From Patescibacteria group bacterium (lineage in GTDB: Bacteria > Patescibacteriota > Patescibacteriia > UBA10025 > JBIOWE01), in assembly GCA_044868145.1 (NCBI GenBank), contig JBIOWE010000006.1, forward strand, positions 151,707 to 215,706: a stretch of DNA of 64,000 bases, given 5' to 3'. The notes under the pieces are model-generated. The model was given only the letters and a program-made list of their open reading frames with translations, ran no database searches and was not told the origin of the DNA. Position numbers and translations under genes: made by a program. Of the stretch, positions 1 through 9,554 are shown one piece after another (the stretch's first letter is position 1; each line of letters begins with the position of its first letter).

Positions 1-377
1 TCATATCGCTTCTGCATGACATTCTCGAAGACAGCTTGATGTTGCGAGCTGCTGACATCGCTCACATTTTCGGCCCAACGATTGCAGGGGGCGTCGTGTC
101 TCTCACAAAACAAAAAGGGGAAGACTATTTTGCAAAACTGCATAATGCCTCGTTCAAGTCAAAGTTAGTGAAACTGGCTGACCGGGTGCATAATTTACGT
201 GAAGTGCTCCATAGCCCCTGGAAGAAGCGGACAAAATACGTTCATGAAACCGAAGATTTTTACTTTGATTTCTCCGACCTCGTGAGCAAAGAGTCTCCGC
301 AAGAATTCTTGCAATCCGTTTCTTATCTTCGTCAGGAAATTCGGTTCGCCTGCGATCGCGCCAAAGCATCGCTCTAG
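1..377 (+). CDS. HD-domain small alarmone ((p)ppGpp) hydrolase-like protein, C-terminal part (N-terminus outside window)
   Basis: Frame is open to position 1. KLADRVHNLR matches the RelA/SpoT HD-domain signature KLADRLHNMR. No synthetase domain follows. Confidence 0.55.
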   Translation, partial: ISLLHDILEDSLMLRAADIAHIFGPTIAGGVVSLTKQKGEDYFAKLHNASFKSKLVKLADRVHNLREVLHSPWKKRTKYVHETEDFYFDFSDLVSKESPQEFLQSVSYLRQEIRFACDRAKASL

Positions 378-387
378 TAATCATTTG

Positions 388-425
388 GGCTCTCGTGAAG
401 ATCATCGCGAGAGCCTTTTGTTTTT
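388..425 (+). terminator. Rho-independent terminator
   Basis: GGCTCTCG-loop-CGAGAGCC stem followed by TTTTGTTTTT. Confidence 0.6.
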
Positions 426-438
426 CGGCTGTTTTTTA

Positions 439-447
439 TGGTATAAT
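439..447 (+). promoter_or_regulatory. Extended -10 promoter TGgTATAAT, 11 nt before the ATG at 459
   Basis: TGnTATAAT consensus. Short leader without SD. Confidence 0.4.
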
Positions 448-458
448 AGTCATGTTCT

Positions 459-830
459 ATGCAAAAAACCATAGCCGTCATAGGCGCCTCAGCTGATCGT
501 CGAAAGTATGGTAATAGGGCAGTGCGTGCATATGTGTCGCAAGGGTGGAGCGTGTTTCCCGTGAATCCGCATGAAAAGAAAATTGAGGGACTGAATGTGT
601 ATAAAAGTATTCAGGACATACCCGTTTCGCTCGATCGAATAAGTGTCTATTTACCGCCGACAATCGGCATGACCGTCATTGAGGCAATAGCAGCTAAAAA
701 GCCGAAGGAACTTTTCTTCAATCCAGGCTCAGAAAGCGCGCAACTGATTCAAAAATCGGAATCCCTTGGGCTACAGCCTATTCTCGAGTGCTCGATTACC
801 AACATTGGTTTAGACGCTGAACGACTATGA
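459..830 (+). CDS. CoA-binding domain protein (YccU-like)
   Basis: IAVIGAS...NP N-terminal Rossmann-like CoA-binding pattern, about 120 aa. Confidence 0.7.
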   Translation: MQKTIAVIGASADRRKYGNRAVRAYVSQGWSVFPVNPHEKKIEGLNVYKSIQDIPVSLDRISVYLPPTIGMTVIEAIAAKKPKELFFNPGSESAQLIQKSESLGLQPILECSITNIGLDAERL

Positions 831-1261
831 TTTATCTCGGCGCTGATTACGCTGGCTATGCACTCAAAGAAGCCATAAGGCGCTTTCTCACAAAGAAACG
901 CCTCGGTTTCAAAGACGTTGGAACATTTTCCAATAAGAAGAAAGACGATTTTCCCGATTACGCGAAGCCGGTAGCGCAAAAGGTGGCACGTTCGACAAAA
1001 GATCTGGGCATTCTCGTGTGCGGCACGGGTATCGGCATGTGTGTGGCGGCAAATCGCTTTCGGGGAGTCCGCGCGGCTCTTGTGCACGCAGTGAAGCAAG
1101 CCAAATGGGCAAAAACGCATGATAACGTGAACATTCTCTGCCTTGCCTCCTGGGCCGTCAGTAAGTCTCTTGCCTTGAAAATCATAGACGCATGGCTCAA
1201 GACTCGATTTGAACCACTACCACGACGCGTTCGGCGCTTTAAGAAAATCGATCAATGGTAG
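827..1261 (+). CDS. rpiB: Ribose-5-phosphate isomerase B
   Basis: RpiB/LacAB family length and motifs (ILVCGTGIGM). Start overlaps the upstream stop. Confidence 0.85.
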   Translation: MIYLGADYAGYALKEAIRRFLTKKRLGFKDVGTFSNKKKDDFPDYAKPVAQKVARSTKDLGILVCGTGIGMCVAANRFRGVRAALVHAVKQAKWAKTHDNVNILCLASWAVSKSLALKIIDAWLKTRFEPLPRRVRRFKKIDQW

Positions 1262-1890
1262 AAATAATTCCAGCAATTCTCGAAGATCGTATTGATCTCG
1301 TTGCCCAGCGTTTGAAGCAAGTGGAACCGTTCGTGAAGCAAGTGCAGGTTGATATTGCCGACGGAAAATTCGTTCCCAATCGCACCCATTTCAGCGCACA
1401 AGATTTACTCGGCATTTCGACGTCCCTCTCTATTGAACTGCACATGATGGTGAAAGAGCCGACTGCCACATTGCCGGTATGGTGCACGCATCCCCAATTG
1501 AACAGAATTATTGTTCACGTCGAATCGTCGCGCGACGTCAGACACGCCCTTGATTTAATCCGGTCATGCGGGAAGGAAGCGTGCCTCGCACTCAACCCGG
1601 AGACTCGGGCAAGCGTCATTGAATCGTTGGCCGGAGATTTCGACAGGCTACTGGTGATGGGTGTGCACCCCGGGCATTCTGGTCAAGCGTTTCTCGACGC
1701 CGTCTTGCCCAAAATTAAGTTCATCAGAATGAAGTATTCGCGCTTGCCCATAGAAGTCGATGGGGGAATCACGCATGATAACGCAAAGTCCATTGTCGAA
1801 GCAGGCGCCAGCGCGCTTGTCACGAACACACTTATTTTTCAAAACAACGACATTGACCAAAATATTCGTAAACTTCAACAAGCGATATGA
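1255..1890 (+). CDS. rpe: Ribulose-phosphate 3-epimerase
   Basis: VDIADGKFVPN and MGVHPGHSGQAF motifs typical of Rpe. Start overlaps the rpiB stop. Confidence 0.85.
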   Translation: MVEIIPAILEDRIDLVAQRLKQVEPFVKQVQVDIADGKFVPNRTHFSAQDLLGISTSLSIELHMMVKEPTATLPVWCTHPQLNRIIVHVESSRDVRHALDLIRSCGKEACLALNPETRASVIESLAGDFDRLLVMGVHPGHSGQAFLDAVLPKIKFIRMKYSRLPIEVDGGITHDNAKSIVEAGASALVTNTLIFQNNDIDQNIRKLQQAI

Positions 1891-2534
1891 AAATATTCCT
1901 TGACTCGGCAATTATCAAAGAAATAGAATGGTGCCTTGAACACGGCATCCTCGATGGAATTACGACGAATCCTTCGCTCTTACAGCGAACGGATCGTAAG
2001 CTTATGGATGTCATTAACGATATTCTCGACCTCGTGAAGGATAAACCGGTGAGCATTGAAACGGTTACGGAAACAGCCGACGAGCTGATCGAAGAAGGCA
2101 AGCGCGTAGCCAAACTCACAAAAAACGTCGTCGTCAAGATCGTCATGACGCCGGAAGGTATGAAAGCAACGCGCGTCCTCGCGTCAAAGGGGATTAAAGT
2201 CAATGTAACCTTGATATTTAGCCCTAGCCAGGCGCTTTTGGCGGCAAAAGCAGGTGCTTCCTATGTGAGCCCGTTTGTCGGACGCTTGGACGACATCAAG
2301 AAAGACGGTATGCAGGTTGTAAGAGAAATAGTGCAGATATTCAAGAACTACCAAGTTCCGACGCAAGTACTGGCCGCGTCTATGAGAAACGTGCGACACG
2401 TTGAAGAAGCAGCGCTCGCCGGCGCGGATATTGCCACCTGCCCGTTCAACGTCATTCAGGATTTATACAAGCATGAACTCACAGATAAAGGGATTGCAAA
2501 ATTTCTTGAAGATTGGAAGAAAGTACCGAAGTGA
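1887..2534 (+). CDS. tal: Transaldolase (short TalC/FSA-type)
   Basis: MKIFLDSA...GITTNPSL N-terminus and 215 aa length typical of short transaldolases. Start overlaps the rpe stop. Confidence 0.85.
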   Translation: MKIFLDSAIIKEIEWCLEHGILDGITTNPSLLQRTDRKLMDVINDILDLVKDKPVSIETVTETADELIEEGKRVAKLTKNVVVKIVMTPEGMKATRVLASKGIKVNVTLIFSPSQALLAAKAGASYVSPFVGRLDDIKKDGMQVVREIVQIFKNYQVPTQVLAASMRNVRHVEEAALAGADIATCPFNVIQDLYKHELTDKGIAKFLEDWKKVPK

Positions 2535-2584
2535 AATAAAAAATTAAATATTAAAAATAATGTCGAGACCAATTCTTAGGAACC

Positions 2585-3427
2585 ATGTTGGCACAATATA
2601 AACAACTCATCCGTAAAGCGTTCAAAGGCCAATACGCCATTGGCGCGTTTAATACGTCGGACCTGGAAATAACGCAGGCGATTGTTGAAGCTGGGGAAGG
2701 ATTGCGCGCGCCTGTGATTGTGAACACGAGCGAGAAGGCAATTGATTACGCAGGCCATAAAACATTAAGTCAAATAATTTTATTGATAGGGGAGCAAGCA
2801 GCCATTCCCGTTGTGTTGAATCTTGACCACGGACGGAGCATGTCGCTCGTGAAGTCGAGCCTGGCCCTCGGTTATACTGGTGTGATGTTCGACGGCTCGA
2901 GATGGCCTTTTTCTCGTAATGTGCTCATGACCAAAAAAGCTGTTCAATTGGCGCACCGCAAGGGCGTGCCGTGTGAAGGCGAACTGGGGAGTATCGCGGG
3001 TAAAGAGGATTATGTTCGAGGCAAAGGCGCATTGACGGATCCGAGCCTGGCGAAAGAGTTTGTGCGCAAAACCCGCGTTGATCTGCTTGCAGTCGCCGTG
3101 GGTACAGCCCATGGCTCGCTCCCGGGCGAGCATATTGATATTCCCCGGCTGCGGGAAATCCATCTCGCTATACCAACAACGCCCCTGGTGCTCCATGGCG
3201 CTTCCGGAACGCCAGCGAATCAAATACGGCAGGCGATTAAGTTCGGGGTTGTGAAAGTTAATATCGATACCGATCTTCGGCTCGCATTTTCGTCTGCGCT
3301 CTATAAAACTTTGCGCGATAAAACATTATATGACCCCCGTCAAATCTTGACCCCCAGCCGCATTGCAGTCAAAAAAGCGGTGACAAAAAAAATCCGTTTA
3401 TTTGGCAGTAGCCGAAAGGCTTCTTAG
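2585..3427 (+). CDS. fba: Class II fructose-bisphosphate aldolase
   Basis: AIGAFN, LDHG and HGASG motifs of class II FBA/tagatose-bisphosphate aldolase. Confidence 0.85.
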   Translation: MLAQYKQLIRKAFKGQYAIGAFNTSDLEITQAIVEAGEGLRAPVIVNTSEKAIDYAGHKTLSQIILLIGEQAAIPVVLNLDHGRSMSLVKSSLALGYTGVMFDGSRWPFSRNVLMTKKAVQLAHRKGVPCEGELGSIAGKEDYVRGKGALTDPSLAKEFVRKTRVDLLAVAVGTAHGSLPGEHIDIPRLREIHLAIPTTPLVLHGASGTPANQIRQAIKFGVVKVNIDTDLRLAFSSALYKTLRDKTLYDPRQILTPSRIAVKKAVTKKIRLFGSSRKAS

Positions 3428-3440
3428 CTTATGGCGTATT

Positions 3441-3487
3441 GCGTATAGCTTATAGTATGATGAGAGGTGTACCTATAAGCTATACGC
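3441..3487. promoter_or_regulatory. Perfect 15-bp inverted repeat (GCGTATAGCTTATAG / CTATAAGCTATACGC) with 17-nt spacer, 10 nt upstream of the kinase ATG; candidate operator
   Basis: Read directly. The arms are exact reverse complements. TATAGT lies inside the spacer. Confidence 0.45.
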
Positions 3488-3497
3488 TATTAACTAT

Positions 3498-4496
3498 ATG
3501 CCGACATTTGATGTGATTACCATCGGGAGTGCGACGCGAGACGTCTATCTGTTTAGCAAAAAATTTCACGTGATCAAGGACCGACGCATGCCGACCGGGC
3601 AGGCGGAGAGCTTCGCGTTTGGGACAAAAATCGAATTGGACCGCGTGTTGCTTGAGGTTGGCGGCGGCGCCACAAATACGGCGTTCACGCTGGCGCGTCA
3701 GGGTTTCCGCGTGGGCAGCGTCGTCAGGGTCGGTCGCGACCAGGCAGGGACGGAAATCGTCGATTTTTTAAAGCGACACCATATAACCCCGTTTGTGACG
3801 GTTGATCCGAAGCGTCCAACAGGATTTTCCGTTGTTTTTCTGACGAAATCCGGCGAACGCACAATTCTTGTGTATCGAGGAGCGAGCGACGCTATGCAGA
3901 GCGCCAACGTATCCTGGCAAGCTTTGGGCAAAACGAAATGGGTCTATATGACCTCGGTAAGCGGAAACGTTCCACTTATGAAACGGGTCGTCGGATTTTC
4001 GCGCAAGCGAGGTATCCGCGTTGCCGTCAATTTCGGGAAGCGCGAACTCGCCTTCGGCTTCAAGCGCTTATTGCCAGTTATTCAGAATGCGGACGTAACT
4101 TTTTTGAATCGTGAAGAAGCATCCAAGCTTTTTAGCGTACGCCCAAGCGACACGCGAGCACTCATTGCAAAGTTGAAAACCATGCGCTACGGCATGTTTG
4201 TTGTAACAGAAGGTAAGCGCGGTTCGATGGCGTTTGACCAATCGCGTCTTTTTACGGTTCGCGTAAAGCAAGTGAAGGTAAAAGATACCACGGGCGCTGG
4301 AGATGCGTTTGGCTCAGGATTTCTCGCAGGCTACATGCGAACCAAGAATATTCGACACGCGCTTACGTTTGGGTCCTTAAACGCTGCGGCAGACGTCCAG
4401 GCGATCGGCGCGAAGCATGGCGCGCTTGGCAGGGTGCGCGCTATTTCGAGCGATCCTTCTATCAAGATTACTATTGAAAAAATCCCAGGCACCTGA
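3498..4496 (+). CDS. PfkB-family carbohydrate/ribokinase-like kinase
   Basis: C-terminal DTTGAGDAF anion-hole motif and GG dipeptide N-terminal motif. Confidence 0.8.
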   Translation: MPTFDVITIGSATRDVYLFSKKFHVIKDRRMPTGQAESFAFGTKIELDRVLLEVGGGATNTAFTLARQGFRVGSVVRVGRDQAGTEIVDFLKRHHITPFVTVDPKRPTGFSVVFLTKSGERTILVYRGASDAMQSANVSWQALGKTKWVYMTSVSGNVPLMKRVVGFSRKRGIRVAVNFGKRELAFGFKRLLPVIQNADVTFLNREEASKLFSVRPSDTRALIAKLKTMRYGMFVVTEGKRGSMAFDQSRLFTVRVKQVKVKDTTGAGDAFGSGFLAGYMRTKNIRHALTFGSLNAAADVQAIGAKHGALGRVRAISSDPSIKITIEKIPGT

Positions 4497-4529
4497 TATA
4501 GTAGCCGTCATGATTCACGTAAACTGCTT

Positions 4530-6062
4530 ATGAACACGAAGAGCAGTTTTTTAGTCTCAAAATTGAATTTTTGGTCACGTCTCTCTGACCATACAAAGTA
4601 CCGGATACTCGAAATGATTCCGGGTTTGCTCGTTTGGACCACGTTTTTTTTCGCGCTTTTCTTTTCATTCATTAAGCCTCTTTGGGTAATCTATTTTATC
4701 CTCGTCTTCGATTTACTGTGGCTCATCCGCATACTCTACGTCACAATTTACATTATTGTTTCATACAAACGCTTCCGACAAGCATTGAAAGTCAATTGGC
4801 TAGAAAAGTTGCGGGCAACGCCCCGATGGGGGGAGTTTGTTCATACAATTTTTATCCCAACGTACAAAGAACCGATCGAGGTGCTCGACACAACCTTTCA
4901 GGCGCTGATACATTCGGACTACCCGCTTGAGAAATTTATCGTCATCCTCGCCGGAGAAGAGCGCGATCATGAGCAGTTCGTCAAGAATGCGCGGTTGATC
5001 CAAGAACGCTACGGATCGAAATTTGGGTATTTGATGGTTACGCTGCACCCTAAGGATATTGTCGGTCAGATTGCGGGTAAGGGGTCCAATCTGGCATTCG
5101 CAGGCAGGCAAGCGCAAGAATACATTGACAGCAAAGGAATTCCATACGAAAACGTGATCGTTTCTTCTTTTGATGCGGATACTTGCGTCCACCCGCAATA
5201 TTTCAGCTACTTGACCTATAAATATTTGACCTGTGAAAATCCAACGCGGACGAGTTTCCAGCCTCTAGCACTCTTTAACAATAATATTTGGCAAGCGCCG
5301 GCGTTCAGCCGCGTCGTTTCCTACAGCACGACGTTTTGGTTGCTTTCCGAACAGGTGCGGCCTGAGCGGATGTTCACATTCTCTTCCCATAGCATGAGTT
5401 TTAAGGCGCTTGTTGAAGTCGGCTTTTGGCAGGATGACATCGTGACCGAGGACTCTCGTATTGTTATCCAGTGTTTGATTCATTACGATGGCGCGTATAA
5501 GGTTGAACCTTTATATATCCCGTTATCTATGGATACGGTGCACGGCAAGAACCTTTGGGATACGATTAAAAATCAATATCGCCAGGTGCGGCGGTGGGCG
5601 TACGGCGTGGAGAATTTTCCTTATATGGCATGGAATTTTATCGGAAACAAACGCATGCCGTTTCTGGTGAAATGGCGCTATATGTGGAATCAATTGGAAG
5701 GCGTCTATTCCTGGGCGACTGCGCCGATTCTTATTACGATTCTTGGCCGCTTGCCCGTGTGGATCGCGAACCAGCGGGAGGAAGTTGCCGCAGCTGCTCA
5801 AAACGCGCCAGAGATACTTCAGGTGATTCTGACCATTTCCATGATCGGTATTTTTATTTCCGCCATGCTCGCAACATCGCTCTTACCCCCACGGCCGCAA
5901 TCATTCAAGCCCTGGAAACTCCTGTTTATGGTCGTGCAGTGGATTTTTTTGCCGGTCACGCTCATTTTTTTCGGTTCCATTCCGGCGATTGAAGCGCAAA
6001 CGCGGCTCATGCTCGGCAAATATCTGGGGTTCCATGTGACGGAAAAGGTAAGGAAAAGTTAA
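4530..6062 (+). CDS. Processive GT2 beta-glycosyltransferase (cellulose-synthase-like), polytopic membrane protein
   Basis: DAD, TED and QVRRW (QxxRW) motifs. N- and C-terminal transmembrane helices. Confidence 0.7.
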   Translation: MNTKSSFLVSKLNFWSRLSDHTKYRILEMIPGLLVWTTFFFALFFSFIKPLWVIYFILVFDLLWLIRILYVTIYIIVSYKRFRQALKVNWLEKLRATPRWGEFVHTIFIPTYKEPIEVLDTTFQALIHSDYPLEKFIVILAGEERDHEQFVKNARLIQERYGSKFGYLMVTLHPKDIVGQIAGKGSNLAFAGRQAQEYIDSKGIPYENVIVSSFDADTCVHPQYFSYLTYKYLTCENPTRTSFQPLALFNNNIWQAPAFSRVVSYSTTFWLLSEQVRPERMFTFSSHSMSFKALVEVGFWQDDIVTEDSRIVIQCLIHYDGAYKVEPLYIPLSMDTVHGKNLWDTIKNQYRQVRRWAYGVENFPYMAWNFIGNKRMPFLVKWRYMWNQLEGVYSWATAPILITILGRLPVWIANQREEVAAAAQNAPEILQVILTISMIGIFISAMLATSLLPPRPQSFKPWKLLFMVVQWIFLPVTLIFFGSIPAIEAQTRLMLGKYLGFHVTEKVRKS

Positions 6063-6114
6063 AAAGGAAAAAGTAAAAACGATGGAAGGATTGCTTTACA
6101 TTTTGATTTTTTAT

Positions 6115-7092
6115 TCATTCCAATTTTGCCTTCCCAATTTCCGGGCGTCCCTTTAAAAAATCTGCGCTGTCCATTTCCTTTTTTCCTTCGAGTTGCAGTC
6201 GCTCGAAAATTAAACTGCCTTTGCCACAGGTGACGGCAAGCTTGTTGTCCGTCGTGAGAAATGTTTTGCCGAGCAACGTGTTATCCGCGCAGGAGATGTG
6301 AGGGTTGAGAACGCTTGCCCTGGTTATTTTCAACATGGCGTTTGTGTCATGACGATGCCATAAAGTCCACGCGCCTGGCCAGGGGGTGAACGCTCGGATC
6401 TTTCTCTCTATCTCAATCGCGGAAGTTGACCAATCGATTTTGCCGTCTTCTTTTTTTATTATTTTAGTGTACGTCGCTTTGTCCTTGTCCTGCGGCGTTG
6501 GTTTGAGCTTTCCCTCGAGATAGGGGAGAAGCGCCCGTTCCAAAAGTCTGGCACTCTTTTTGGCAAGCAAATCGTGCAGCGTGTCAAATCTCTCATTGCG
6601 GGTGACGAGCGCGGTTTCTTGCGCGATAATCGGGCCGGTGTCCATGCTCTCGTCTATTTTCATCAAGGTGACGCCGCTTACCGAGTCGCCGCTCAGAATC
6701 GTGTGCTGTATCGGCGAAGCACCGCGCCAGCGCGGTAGCAGCGAAGCGTGCAAATTTAAAAATCCATGCTCGGGTATTGCAAGGATATTCGCCGGAATAA
6801 TTTTTCCGTATGCAATGACAATGGCCAGGTCGGGTCTTTCGGCTTTGACCCGTTCCTCGAATTCGTGCGTTTTGATTTTTTCCGGCAAAATAACGGGAAT
6901 GCGATGTTGTTCGGCTGCGAGTTTAACCGGCGACGCCGTTATTGTTTGTTTTCTGCCGACTGGCTTATCCGGTTGAGAGACGACCAAGCGAAGGTCCAGG
7001 TAGGGGAGTGTGAGAATTTTTTCCAGTGTCGGAAGACTGAAATCAGGCGTACCAAAGAAAATTGTCCTGTACTTTTTCTGTGACTGGTTCAT
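6115..7092 (-). CDS. fmt: Methionyl-tRNA formyltransferase
   Basis: Formyltransferase N-domain (IFFGTPDF, HASLLPRWRG) and C-terminal domain. Lies downstream of def. Confidence 0.9.
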   Translation of the reverse strand: MNQSQKKYRTIFFGTPDFSLPTLEKILTLPYLDLRLVVSQPDKPVGRKQTITASPVKLAAEQHRIPVILPEKIKTHEFEERVKAERPDLAIVIAYGKIIPANILAIPEHGFLNLHASLLPRWRGASPIQHTILSGDSVSGVTLMKIDESMDTGPIIAQETALVTRNERFDTLHDLLAKKSARLLERALLPYLEGKLKPTPQDKDKATYTKIIKKEDGKIDWSTSAIEIERKIRAFTPWPGAWTLWHRHDTNAMLKITRASVLNPHISCADNTLLGKTFLTTDNKLAVTCGKGSLIFERLQLEGKKEMDSADFLKGRPEIGKAKLE

Positions 7093-7565
7093 TGAGGAAT
7101 TGTCCCCCTGGTTATTTTGTCAGCGCCATCAATGAACAGCTTGCCGTTCAGATGGTCAATCTCATGCTGAATGACGCGGGCAAATAACCCCGAAGCTTTG
7201 AGACGTTTCTTTTCGCCAGACAGCGTCGTATTTTCCACTTCAATGGAATAGCTTCGTTTCATTGTGCCAAACACGCCGGGAATGGACAAACATCCTTCTT
7301 CCATCGTCTCTTTTTTCCAGGAGCGCTGGATGATTTTCGGGTTGACCAGGACGGTGGGCTCGGGTTCAGTTCGCACAAGCGCAAGGTTCAGATCAACGCC
7401 GATTTGATTCGCCGCGATCCCAATTCCATTTTGATTGAACATTGTTTCACGCATATCGCGAATGAGCTTCTTTGTTTCTGACGAATGTAAATCGTCGAGC
7501 GTCAGCTGCCGCGTCTTTTTGCGCAATATCTCGTTAGGATGTTTAACGACTTTTTGTACGGCCAT
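7089..7565 (-). CDS. def: Peptide deformylase
   Basis: GIGIAANQIG, EGCLSIPG and HEIDHLNG motifs. Confidence 0.9.
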   Translation of the reverse strand: MAVQKVVKHPNEILRKKTRQLTLDDLHSSETKKLIRDMRETMFNQNGIGIAANQIGVDLNLALVRTEPEPTVLVNPKIIQRSWKKETMEEGCLSIPGVFGTMKRSYSIEVENTTLSGEKKRLKASGLFARVIQHEIDHLNGKLFIDGADKITRGTIPQ

Positions 7566-7570
7566 AGGGT

Positions 7571-9481
7571 TTAAAGCAGACGTTCAGGGTCTCTATCGAT
7601 GAGTATATCAGATGGTACGTTGTGCATGAACGTCTGAAGCGCCTGACTTGATGTTGAGAATGGCAGCTTGATCACAATATAGCTACGCCATTTTTTATGG
7701 ACGCGTGGAACATAGGGATCGAGCCGTTGTACACGAACGAGCGAGGAAAGATTCTGGGCAAGCGTTTTGAGGTTAGCCAGCAGGCGATCCGCACGATGTC
7801 GGCATTTCTCCGCGCTCTGATCCTGCACGATGAGCTTAATGATTTCCATGAATGGGGGATAATCAAATTGTTTTCTTTGCGTGAGCTCAGCTTCATAGAA
7901 AGATTCCGGATCATCGTGCGCGAGCGCTTGTATGGCGGTGTGTTGGCTTGCGTATGTTTGAATGACGAACGTGGCCAGGGGGGCGTAATACGGCAGGAAC
8001 GCGAGTAACTGGTACGTCCGCTCGGCGGATCGAAAGTCAGGCAAGTGGAGCGTCGTGTCGGCCGAAAGTACACCAATGAGACTCACGCTCGCAGTGCGCA
8101 AGATCGGGATTGCCCGTTCCGTACCTATGAGAATATCGAACGATGTCGTCAGTCGGTCCGTATCGCTGTCAAGCCGCGCCACCTTGTGTTTTGGAAACGC
8201 TCGCCGGAGCTCGCGTTCGATTTTTTGCGTGCCAGAGCCCGTGAAGGCAAATCGAACGCCGGAGCACGAAGGACAAAATGGCGGTAGCTCGCTCTGCTTA
8301 TTATCTTTTTGGCAGTAAAGAAAGGGTTTGCCCGCATCACCCTTGCCGTATTCATAGAAGGTAAGCGTGGAGTGGCAGATCTCACATTGGAGTACATGTC
8401 CGCAGTCGCGGCACCGAACCGCAGATGCGCTGCCCCGCCGATTCAGCAATAAAAATACTTTGCTTTTTTCTTTGAGCGTTTGTCTGATCTGGTCTGTCAA
8501 CGTTTCGGAGATGGGAGAGTAGCTTTGCTTCTTAATTTCCTCCGCCATATCAATGAGCAAGCGGGGCGTTTTCTTTTGGGGTTGCGCGACCTCGAGCAGT
8601 TTCGATTTGCCTTCCTTGCACGCATAGTATTGTTCAATGGTTGGGCTATGCGACATAAAAATAAGCTTGGCGCCATGGAGCTCCGCGAGCTTCAGCCCGA
8701 CATCTCGGGAATCAAAACGCGGGTTTTGATCAGATTGCTTATGGTTCGGTTTTTCCGATTGATAGACGACAATAGTGTCGATCGTTTGTAATGGCGCGAA
8801 CAGGGCCAGTTTTGTGCCGAGAACAACATTTGCTTTACCCGTTTGTACGGCTCGCCAATTTGCATAAAAATCATTTTTCTTCATGTCGCTATGCAACCAA
8901 GCGATGATGTTTCCATGCAGAGGTAAAACGCGCTGGATCCAATCAATATCCTGAATCGTCGGCACAAGAATAAGTATTGGTTTGCCAACGTTTTTTACAA
9001 TTTCGTGCAAAAAAGATTGCTCTTCCGCGACTGTTTTTGCCCAAAAAAAGTATCGTTTCGCCTTATCCTTGCCCAAGGCTTGTACCAAGCTCGTGATTTC
9101 TTGTTGTGACCGTATATTCGTCGTTGGACTTTTTTTCAATTCTTTTGCTGCCAGATTTTTTTTTGGGATTTCCGGAAGCATCATTTTTATTACCGTGCCA
9201 AGGGAAACAAAATAGTAGTCGGCGATCCAGCGGCCAAGCTCTATTTGTTGTTTTGTGATCACGGGTCGCACGTCAACAATGGCCGCGATGTCTTTGATGC
9301 GTTTGCCTTGAATTGCCTGGTCCTTCAACTGGACGACCACGCCTTCTTTTATGGATGACCTGAATGGAATGCGGACACGTTGGCCCAGCGCAATCGTCGT
9401 CTCGAGCGAAGCGGGAACTCGATAATCAAAGACCCCGAGGTGTTTCGGGAACCGTTTTGAGAGAATAACTTCTGCGAACAT
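7571..9481 (-). CDS. priA: Primosomal protein N' (PriA helicase)
   Basis: Helicase motifs plus a Cys4 zinc-binding region (CRDCGHVLQCEICHSTLTF). Confidence 0.9.
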   Translation of the reverse strand: MFAEVILSKRFPKHLGVFDYRVPASLETTIALGQRVRIPFRSSIKEGVVVQLKDQAIQGKRIKDIAAIVDVRPVITKQQIELGRWIADYYFVSLGTVIKMMLPEIPKKNLAAKELKKSPTTNIRSQQEITSLVQALGKDKAKRYFFWAKTVAEEQSFLHEIVKNVGKPILILVPTIQDIDWIQRVLPLHGNIIAWLHSDMKKNDFYANWRAVQTGKANVVLGTKLALFAPLQTIDTIVVYQSEKPNHKQSDQNPRFDSRDVGLKLAELHGAKLIFMSHSPTIEQYYACKEGKSKLLEVAQPQKKTPRLLIDMAEEIKKQSYSPISETLTDQIRQTLKEKSKVFLLLNRRGSASAVRCRDCGHVLQCEICHSTLTFYEYGKGDAGKPFLYCQKDNKQSELPPFCPSCSGVRFAFTGSGTQKIERELRRAFPKHKVARLDSDTDRLTTSFDILIGTERAIPILRTASVSLIGVLSADTTLHLPDFRSAERTYQLLAFLPYYAPLATFVIQTYASQHTAIQALAHDDPESFYEAELTQRKQFDYPPFMEIIKLIVQDQSAEKCRHRADRLLANLKTLAQNLSSLVRVQRLDPYVPRVHKKWRSYIVIKLPFSTSSQALQTFMHNVPSDILIDRDPERLL

Positions 9482-9554
9482 ATCTGTTTACTGCCTTGTA
9501 TCTTACCATCTGCGCCCAATACAAAAAAGACCCCTTCGGCTCTCTTGGGGCGTC

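Noticed and set aside
154-405. Many track ORFs antisense to or nested in confident genes (for example 154-405, 749-1120, 4800-5198, 6560-6976, 11084-11794, 19255-19845, 22194-23208, 29713-30546, 41358-42443, 44900-45493, 51899-52606)
   Set aside because: They overlap well-supported genes on the opposite strand or in another frame. None has a recognisable motif or translation signals. Treated as shadow ORFs.
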